Assembly (NCBI GenBank): GCA_002269645.1
Contig: NIVC01000221.1
Location: forward strand, 372,001-436,000
Reading direction: 5' to 3'
Source: Macrostomum lignano
Taxonomy: Eukaryota
DNA length: 64,000 bases
Positions 55,901 through 64,000 of the stretch are shown here, piece after piece. The position numbers and the translations under genes are program-made. The notes below the pieces were generated by a model. It was not told the DNA's origin. It was given only the letters and a program-made list of their open reading frames with translations, and did no database searches. Positions within the stretch are counted from its first letter, which is position 1. Each line of letters starts with the position of its first letter.

Positions 55901-56631
55901 GAGCTGAACGCCAAGGTTACGAGAGGAAAGACTATTGTCATCCACTCCGACAGCCAAGCGGCCTTACAGGCCCTTTGCCACACCACAACGAACTCCCGGA
56001 CAGTCGCCGACTGCGCCCGGCAGCTCAACCTCCTGGCCAGAAGCAATACTGTCAGGCTGAAGTGGATCCCAGGGCACGCAGGGTTTCCGGGGAACGAGCT
56101 GGCAGACACCCTCGCCAAGAGGGGCGGCTCTGGCTCTTTTTTCGGCCCTGCCCCCTGGTCCCTATGCCCTTGACAGTCATCAATCGTCAGATCGACGACT
56201 GGGCTGACTCCCTCCACAGGGACAGATGGGCGGGCACCCAAAACTGCCGGCAATCTCGTGCCGCGGTTCCTTGCCCGTCTCACAGGCTCAGAAACATCCT
56301 TCTGAACCAGAATCGGAAGGATATTCGAGCCCTTGTCATGACCCTTACCGGCCATGGCTACCTCGCCAGGCACTGCTTCCTCCGAGGCGACCTCGAGAGC
56401 GAAATTTGCCCCTTTTGCGAGTGCGACAATGAAGATGCTCAGCACTTTGTCTGTCACTGCCCTTTCTTTAACAGAGACCGGCTACGCTACCTCGGGCCGA
56501 ACCCGTCCATTGACGAGGTTTGCCAGCCCGACAGCATCCCACGGCTCATCCAGTTCCTTCGGGCGACTAGACGAGCCAGTTTCTTCCCAACGGAAGATCA
56601 CGCTGCAGGACGGACCGGCGGACCACCCTGA
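52946..56631 (+). CDS. LINE ORF2 pol: APE endonuclease, reverse transcriptase, RNase H, C-terminal Cys/His motif; 3 frame breaks (~54445, ~55795, ~56150)
   Basis: LQINLQH, LVQEPW, GDINAHH, SDH (APE); PGPDG, KSFRPISL, QGGVLSP, YADD (RT); YTDGS, E, HSDSQAAL, WIPGHAGFPGNELAD (RNase H); LTGH...CPFC...EDAQHFVCHCP. Confidence 0.92.
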
Positions 56632-56899
56632 CCGGCCCGACGCCTCTGCCTGTCTGCGGGCCTTCAGGGGCTAGCGGAATGGGCGACCCTCGCCTCCCCG
56701 CTGTGTCTACGGACCACCCTGCAGCTAAGTCAAGTCAAGTAAGACTCATATCGATGATGATGCTCTGCAGATGCTGCAAGTGAGAATTCGATATGCGTCT
56801 TAAAACACCACCGTTCAAACGAATCGAATCAAAATTATTCGAAAAATTAAACAGAAGTTTAGAGCAGCTTCTTGGCTTTGATCTCTTTGATCTCTTCCA

Positions 56900-57110
56900 G
56901 GGTTGTAGTCTAGTGATTAGAGCATCGGAGTCACGACTTGAAAGTTGGGTGTTCGATTTCCGATCCCTTGGAACAATTTGTGTCCTTGAGCGAGACACTG
57001 TAAACTCAGCATTCCTTCACTCCACTTTAGCTCATTTAGGTTCCAGCATTTAAATGGGTGCCAGCATTAGCTGGGGTAAATGAGGATGTGTGTGTGTGTG
57101 TGGCGACCCG
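56900..57110 (+). mobile_element. Degenerate tRNA-derived SINE with CORE-like central block
   Basis: A-box-like TAGTCTAGTGA, B-box-like GTGTTCGATTTCC, then GTGTCCTTGAGCGAGACACT and TAAATGGGTGCCAGC resembling CORE-type SINE bodies; ends in (GT)n; no TSD seen. Confidence 0.5.
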
Positions 57111-57674
57111 AAAGCAACATCGCTGCACACGATGTCCATGGTGAGAGCGATTGAACTGCTGTCAGGGTGGCTGCTTGGCTGGGTTGAGGGGCTGCACATG
57201 TGCCATTTAGGCTTTCGTCTGCAAGTTTGTTTCGCATATTTCGTTTTGTTTCATGCCAGCACTGTCTTGCCTGTCTCCTTTCCCCGCAGTGAAATCTGCA
57301 GCACTTTTTCTGCAGAAACAGCTAGCCGCACAACAGCAAGGCAACCACAGCAAACCCCGCCTCCTCCACGTGCCAATGAAGTGGCTGCCCAATTGGCCCA
57401 AGCATTTGCCAAGCCTATCTGGAAATGGAAAAGTCTACCCCTCTAAACGAGTTCTCGTTGACTATAAAATACACTGCCCTGAATGTACCTGAGAGTTTCA
57501 CACAGTGTTTGGACGTCTTTCTGTCAAGTAAGCCAAAGATTGCAGGAAACGTGCAAGATCAAGTTTTGTGTGAGACATCAAAGAATTTAGCAAAACGTTT
57601 TTTCAGCTAACTGAGCGTATCAGAAGAAGAAGAGAGACAAGAATAAAAAATGGACAGCTGCTGTAACTAAGGAA

Positions 57675-59084
57675 TCACTTTTCAACATAGTCGCCATCCT
57701 TCTCAGTGCAGCGTTGCCATCTCAACTGCCACTTGTTAAAGGCCTCAGCGTACAGGTTTGCGGTGGGGGCCGTAGCCCAGCGGTAGCGTAGCTGCTCTGG
57801 TGTGCCAGCGACCCAGGCTCGATTCCAAGTGCAGTCACATTAATTTGGGGCTGAATTGGAATCTCGGCTTGGCTCTGCTCGTGCAACTAACGGCCTTGAG
57901 AGCCAACCCCCCAATGCGCAGTGAAGTGTACATGCCTAACGATAATATAAAGTTAGGGCCGCTGTACACTCCTGTGTGAGTGTGTGCCTGCGTACGTATC
58001 CGCGCGCTTGTATGCCTGCTCAGGGGAGTCGGCGGAATGGGCAGTAATGCCTCTCGCCGGTTGTGTGCCTATGTCGCTTAAAGTGCGCCAGGGTGCTCAC
58101 AACCCCCTGCCTCTAATAAAAAAACAGGTTTGCGGCCATGGAGGCGGTGACCCCCTCCCATGCATTCTTCACCTCCTGAAAGGTGTCAAACCTTCGTGCA
58201 GCGATGCTGCTTCTGACATGCGGGAACAACCAGAAGTCCGCAGGTGCCAAATCAGGCGAATTTGGCGGGTGCGGAACCACCCGGATGCCTCTACTGGCCA
58301 GGAATTCCCTGGTGTGGCCCGACGCGTGAGGGGGCGCATTGTCATGATGGAGGAACCACCCAGCCTGCACCATGTTGGGCCTCTTTTGTCGAATTTGCTC
58401 AATCAAGGTGTCCAGCACGGAGCAGTAGTAGACACTGTTGACAGTCTGGGCTTGCGGGACGTGATGGGTGTGCACCAAGCCGTCCGAGTCGAAAAACACA
58501 ACAGCCATTGTTTTTCTGGTGCCCAGAGATACCTGGGACTTTGTTAGTGCCTTGGAATCCCGTTCGGCCCTCTGCCTGGACTGGTTCTCGGTCTCTGGTG
58601 TCACGTAGTGCAGCCAGGTTTCATCAGCCGTGATGATTCGCCGGAGGAAGCCAGGCTCCTGCCTCATCATCCGGAGGAACTCCTGGGCACAGCGGACCCG
58701 CTCCGCCCGGTTCTCAGCAGTGAGCAGGTGAGGGACCCACCTGGCAGACACATGCTTGAGATGGAGATCTTGCACTAGAATGTCATGGACAGTGGTCTTA
58801 GGGATCCCTGATTCATCTGCCAGCTCCCTGACGGTAAGGCGCCTGTCCTGCTGGATCAGCGCGGCCACGGTTTGGATGTTCGCGGAAGTCCGTACGGTTG
58901 GGTCCCGGTTCTTGCCGCGACCATCAGAGCCATCGTGACCAGATCGCAGTTGGCCGAAAATATGGTAAACTTGACTCCGCGACATGGCTTCATGCTGGTG
59001 GATGTCCTGCAGGTGCCGCATGCATTCTGCTGCAGACTTGCCAGCCTTGAAGAAGTCAACAACGATGTCTCGCTGGTTCGGCAT
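57675..59084 (-). mobile_element. Mariner (DD34D) transposase gene interrupted by a SINE; 345 aa when reconstructed
   Basis: WVPHLL, TADETW, HHDNAP-34 aa-D (NSPDLAPADFWLF); removing 57764-58123 plus one TSD copy restores MAANLYAEAFNKWQLRWQRCTEKDGDYVEK*; no intact TIR pair found. Confidence 0.92.
57764..58123 (+). mobile_element. tRNA-derived SINE, 360 bp, 12-bp TSD ACAGGTTTGCGG
   Basis: Head GGGGCCGTAGCCCAGCGG (A box) ... GGCTCGATTCC (B box); A-rich tail TAATAAAAAAA; TSD 57752-57763 and 58124-58135; other mariner copies carry a single site (13059-13070, 35223-35234). Confidence 0.9.
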
Positions 59085-59302
59085 TCTCTTGGCTATCGAA
59101 AATTTCGTAGCCCTGGCTTAACGCAGGTTGAATGAGAATTTTTCACTGCAATGCTTTCATTCAAGCTAGAAAGCTGAAGCCTGTGCCATGAACTGATTGC
59201 AAGTTCCTTGAAGCGTTGACAACAAAGAATAGAAAATTAATTGCCTAATAGACATTACTCTGAGTTTAAGTATTCTAAAGGAATACTTCTAAAGCAATTC
59301 GT

Positions 59303-60140
59303 GAAATTTTCCCCCAGCACTCCAGTTTCTCATGAACTCCCCAACAAATCTGTTTCTCATGAACTCCCCAGCACTCCAGTTTCTCATGAATTCACCCAGC
59401 ACTCCAGCTTTTCATGAATTCACCCAGCACTCCAGTTTCTCATGAACTCCCCAACACGTCAGTTTCTCATGAATTCACCCAGCACTCCAGCTTCTCATAA
59501 ATTCACCCAGCACTCCAGTTTCTCATGAATTCACGCAGCACTCCAGCTTCCCATGAATTCACCCAACACGTCAGTTTCTCATGAATTCACCCAGCACTCC
59601 AGTTTCTCATGAATTCCCCAGCACTCCAGTTTCTCATGAATTCCCCAACACGTCAGTTTCTCATGAACTCCCAGCACTCCAGTTTCTCGTGAATTCACCC
59701 AGCACTCCAGTTTCTCATGAATTCACCCAGCACTCCAGTTTCTCATGAATTCACCCAGCACTCCAGTTTCTCATGAATTCTCCAGCACTCCAGTTTCTCA
59801 TGAATTCACCCAGCACTCCAGTTTCTCATGAATTCCCCAGCACTCCAGTTTCTCATGAATTCACCCAGCACTCCAGTTTCTCATGAATTCCCCAGCACTC
59901 CAGTTTCTCATGAATTCACCCAGCACTCCAGTTTCTCATGAATTCACCCAGCACTCCAGTTTTTATGAATTCCCCAACACGTCAGTTTCTCATGAATTCC
60001 CCAGCACTCCAGTTTCTCATGAATTCACCCAGCACTCCAGTTTCTCATGAATTCACCCAGCACTCCAGTTTTTTATGAATTCCCCAACACGTCAGTTTCT
60101 CATGAATTCCCCAGCACTCCAGTTTCTCATGAATTCCCCA
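59303..60140. repeat. 27-bp minisatellite, paralog of 13993-14945
   Basis: Same unit (GAATTCACCC variant) and same downstream flank. Confidence 0.95.
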
Positions 60141-61021
60141 TGCATACTTTCTTAATCAGAAATCTCAAAGCTGATTTGAATTTTTGAGCAGAATTTTTTT
60201 TGGTGATTATTTTCTTTTCATACCGTCTACGCTATTTTACATTTACGAGTATAAGACTGAAAAACCGATGGATTTGCCGTGGATTTGCCGTGGAGTTGCC
60301 GTAGAGCCCACCCCCAACTCACCCGCCATAGCTCTTGTTCTGAAGTGTTCCCAGGTGCTTGCCTGTACAAACTATTTTTAGATAGATTGTATCTTTCGTG
60401 ATAGAATATCATAAATTTTTGAAGGTCACAACAGGATTCCCACCAGACAGGCAAAGTACACTGTTGAGTGAATCTCTTTCTTGGCGGCTAGAAAATTATA
60501 ACTAAATGCTCGCATTCTCTACTGTTGGTAAACACGGCTGATTAATCGAATTCATCCAGCCTCTTTAAGATGCTTCATCGTCTAGATTTATCCGATTGAG
60601 TACATTTAGAGTGAATAACAAGTTACGATCAATATAAACAGCAATGCATAAGAATTTCTGCTTTTGCTTATATGGCCAAGCGAACAAGGTTCACCCACTG
60701 TAAAAGGCGAACTGGCTCGCCAAAAGCGGCTCTCTGGGAATCGGGTATCCGACTGGAGGAGGCTCTGAACTGACCCGTCAACCAGTGTCTTTTAGCTGTC
60801 AGTCTTGAAGTCATAGCCGATACTGCTGGGACTTCGGCAGGGGGTTTCATGTAGCCCTTGAGTATCAGCATCCAGATTTCATAGTGATCAGTAAATGAAG
60901 CAATTCAAGATTTAGCTTCAAACTTGGCTTTTTTACTTCATAAACTCTCAAAGGAACTCTCAAAGTGTCACTCTTAAGTGTCGTCACTCCCAACCCAAAT
61001 AGGGCCTGATTTCGAGCCCCG

Positions 61022-61777
61022 ATCACTCTTCATAATCACTCTTCATATCACTCTTCATATCACTCTTCATATCACTCTTCATATCACTCTTCATATCACT
61101 CTTCATATCACTCTTCATATCGCTCTTCATATCACTCTTCATATCACTCTTCATATCACTCTTCATAGCACTCTTCATATCACTCTTCATATCACTCTTC
61201 ATATCACTCTTCATATCACTCTTCATATCACTCTTCATATCACTCTTCATATCACTCTTCATATCACTCTTCATATCACTCTTCATAGCACTCTTCATAT
61301 CACTCTTCATATCACTCTTCATATCACTCTTCATATCACTCTTCATATCACTCTTCATATCACTCTTCATATCACTCTTCATATCGCTCTTCATATCACT
61401 CTTCATATCACTCTTCATATCACTCTTCATAGCACTCTTCATATCACTCTTCATATCACTCTTCATATCACTCTTCATATCACTCTTCATATCACTCTTC
61501 ATATCACTCTTCATATCACTCTTCATATCACTCTTCATATCACTCTTCATAGCACTCTTCATATCACTCTTCATATCACTCTTCATATCACTCTTCATAT
61601 CACTCTTCATATCACTCTTCATATCACTCTTCATATCACTCTTCATATCACTCTTCATATCACTCTTCATATCACTCTTCATATCACTCTTCATATCACT
61701 CTTCATATCACTCTTCATATCACTCTTCATATCACTCTTCATATCACTCTTCATATCACTCTTCATAATCACTCTTC
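61022..61777. repeat. 12-bp minisatellite (ATCACTCTTCAT), ~62 units
   Basis: Highly homogeneous array; absent from the paralogous site at ~16070-16090. Confidence 0.97.
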
Positions 61778-63348
61778 GTATTACGCAGAGCTCGGGACTC
61801 AGAGTTTCACAACTTTCAGCGGCACTCCAACTTTTAACACCCATGAAAAGCCGCTATGACGCTCAGCTTCATGGAAAATGTCAGCCCAGTCCCTTCATGC
61901 AGGTGATGTGTCAGTGTATCACAATGTCCTGTAACAGTTTAAATTAAAAATTTTTTTTTCAAAACCAAGACACTGCTTAGAACTTTTGTTTAATTTTTCT
62001 CGCTTGATAAGTCGATTAATCGATTTGATTCGTTTGAACTGTGGGGTTTTCTGACGCATGTCGAATTCCCACGTGCAGCATCTGCAGTGCGTCATCATCG
62101 ATATGAGTGTATTTTGGCTTTTAACGCGACCTCAACAAAATTAATAACTGAATTTAAGATGTGATTTGTATAATTGTAAGCTTAATATTTGGCACCTCAT
62201 CCAATACAAGCAAAGTTGTATGTTGAGTGTGAGTAACACTGATTCACACATTGAGACGCAGCTGCCATCGCTCAGCCGCTTCTCTCTGAAAAGCCGCAGA
62301 AAGAACTTCAGCATGCAGTCAGGGCTGTCAGGCCTCACTTCAGTTTTTTTAGCAGTCAACAGAAGCTCACGACCCACCTGCGAATCTGCCAGAGACCGGC
62401 ATGAGCTCTGCCAGAGACCGGCCGCAACGAGGATCGGGCTGTACGTGGCAGTGGTGCTGCTCGCTGACGTCTGGACTCTGAGTCAGAAGGCATGGCTGAA
62501 TTGAGTCTTCTGTCTTAGTCTGTCTTTCATTTACAGTGTTGCATTTAGTAGTGCTTATCAAAGCAGCACACACACTCAGAAGGAGAGGATCCATTCCTAC
62601 AAAATTAGGACTGTGGAGTTCCCGAGTTCTCGTTTATTTTGAGCGGGTGTTTTCCGCTATGTCCGGATCTGAAGGTGGGTTAAAAATAGATTTTTCTCTC
62701 GGAATTCCAGTCCTTATTCAACTGCCCTGCCCAAACCTCGCAAGAGAATGTGACTGTACTTGGGTAGGTGTACAAAGAATTCGATGTCTAAGTCTCTGCA
62801 AAGCCCGAAAAGCCCAACCCCGACACCTGAGGGGCGCATTGTCATGATAGAGCGAAACCAAGTCGAAAAGCACAAAAACACAACGCTTTTCTGGTATTCG
62901 GAGGCACCCAGGCCTTTGTTGGCATTCCGTTCTAATAGAGTTTAATAAAATAGATTAGTAACGAATAACTGAATATGCTTTGTGAAGATCAATTTAAATT
63001 GGTCGTGAAGCCGCTGATGGTCTCTCATTTTATAAAAGAAAATTTATTCAACATGACAGCGCAACACAGGCTGGTTGGGTGCAGAGAAACAAAAGCGTTA
63101 GAAGACTCGTTTCTGACTGGCTCACAGCTTCCTTAGCAACGGCATGGCAACCTGAAAAATTCAGCTAAGCTACGCGCAGTTTGGTTATACTGAGTGGGAA
63201 TTGGCCAATAGCAAAAGACAATTTTTAAGACGGCAAGTCTGCCTTTTCAAAGCAAAGATAAAAACTGCACAATGGACTCTTTCCCGGGCTCAGTCTCCGA
63301 CTGTTTCCCCCAACATCCACGCTTTCACTCTGAATAATCCAGACAGAA

Positions 63349-63523
63349 ATGTTTTCACAAAGCTTTGCTGTCATTTACTTGCTGATGTGGGCGGTGTTCG
63401 GAAGCTGCTTGACTTCGGTGCCGCCTCATCCGATGGCATTCCGCTACATCGGTTGCTTCGTGGATAAAAGGGACCCCGACATGACTGGCATGATTGGAGT
63501 CTCTGCATTCGGCCCATATTCAA
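63349..63523 (+). pseudogene. Truncated WSC gene 5' end fused to a LINE remnant
   Basis: MFSQSFAVIYLLMWAVFGSCLTSVPPHPMAFRYIGCFVDKRDPDMTGMIGVSAFGPYS, then a switch to sequence matching 20628 onward. Confidence 0.85.
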
Positions 63524-63905
63524 ACTGGATGAGTCTTGGGATGCTGTTTGGCTGGCGGACCTCGATAATGGAGAGTTCAGCCTGAGGTAGCGTAGCCGGT
63601 CCCTGATAAAGAAAACGGCATTTGACAGACAAAGTGCTGAACATATTCGTTGTCCGTAGGTCCTATTATATGGCCCTATGGGGCAGGAAACGAATGCCGG
63701 CGTCAATTAGACGGCGGGAAATCTTGGAAGCTTTCCTGTGGACAAAGATCGTTTCCAGCAGGGGAATGTTGAGGAAGGCATTGAGACCATCATAAGGAGC
63801 AGACGGGGGGCGCTAATGATCATGCGGCATGCGCGCCCTTGCGTTCTCCTGAGAGTCTCTAGACAGGTCTTATCTGCAGGGCGCTAGCTCAGATCCACCA
63901 TTATC
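63524..63905 (-). mobile_element. Duplicate of the decayed LINE remnant at 20560-21010
   Basis: Near-identical to 20630-21010. Confidence 0.85.
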
Positions 63906-64000
63906 CTAAATAATTTAAAGTAATTCTTCAATAATTGTCGTTACAATTACCTTTACAGAACAACTGCAATATTTTTCAGTTGAAGGTGGACCCATTTGTC

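Larger units (their letters stand above)
51012..56743 (+). mobile_element. Full-length non-LTR retrotransposon, LOA/R1-like (I group), 13-bp TSD ACTCATATCGATG
   Basis: TSD at 50999-51011 and 56744-56756; single-copy empty sites in paralogs at 16383-16395 and 62096-62108 (reverse); 5' UTR, ORF1, ORF2 (APE-RT-RNase H-CCHC), short AAGTC/AAGT tail. Confidence 0.95.
60180..64000 (+). repeat. Segmental duplicate of 14980-17783 joined to 20628-21130
   Basis: Collinear similarity throughout; deletion junction at 63522-63523. Confidence 0.9.

Noticed and set aside
51009-56674. Overlapping and antisense ORFs within the LINE (e.g. 51009-51503, 52670-53233, 55768-56457 minus)
   Set aside because: Shadows of GC-rich coding sequence or structured UTR; no recognisable motifs
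57765-57837. Functional tRNA gene
   Set aside because: A and B boxes are present but the acceptor and anticodon stems do not pair properly; it continues into a 290-nt body, A-tail and TSD, so it is a SINE head

Overview
Eukaryotic, repeat-saturated genomic DNA. It has GT-AG introns, many minisatellites and animal-type TEs. A free-living flatworm such as Macrostomum is my guess from the style of the repeats and genes; I cannot verify it. The window is a patchwork of local segmental duplications: a ~2-kb module carrying a PHD-finger terminal exon recurs about 8 times, interleaved with at least eight minisatellite families and many copies of a mariner right end. Supported host genes are an intact two-exon secreted WSC+PAN/Apple gene (23220-24093, minus), a frameshifted paralog and a truncated paralog of it, and an apparently intronless TRAF-like gene (11599-12363, minus). 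Mobile DNA includes: (1) a full-length APE/RT/RNase H non-LTR retrotransposon (LOA/R1-like, 51012-56743) with a 13-bp TSD, whose first nucleotide starts an HDV-like ribozyme fold; (2) a tRNA-derived SINE (12-bp TSD) that interrupts a DD34D mariner transposase and shares a 3' motif with that LINE, making a candidate SINE-LINE partner pair; (3) a Penelope-like GIY-YIG remnant followed by a minimal hammerhead ribozyme; (4) a solo LTR inside a satellite. All calls were made by eye; no database searches or folding programs were run. Most long ORFs in the track are satellite artefacts.
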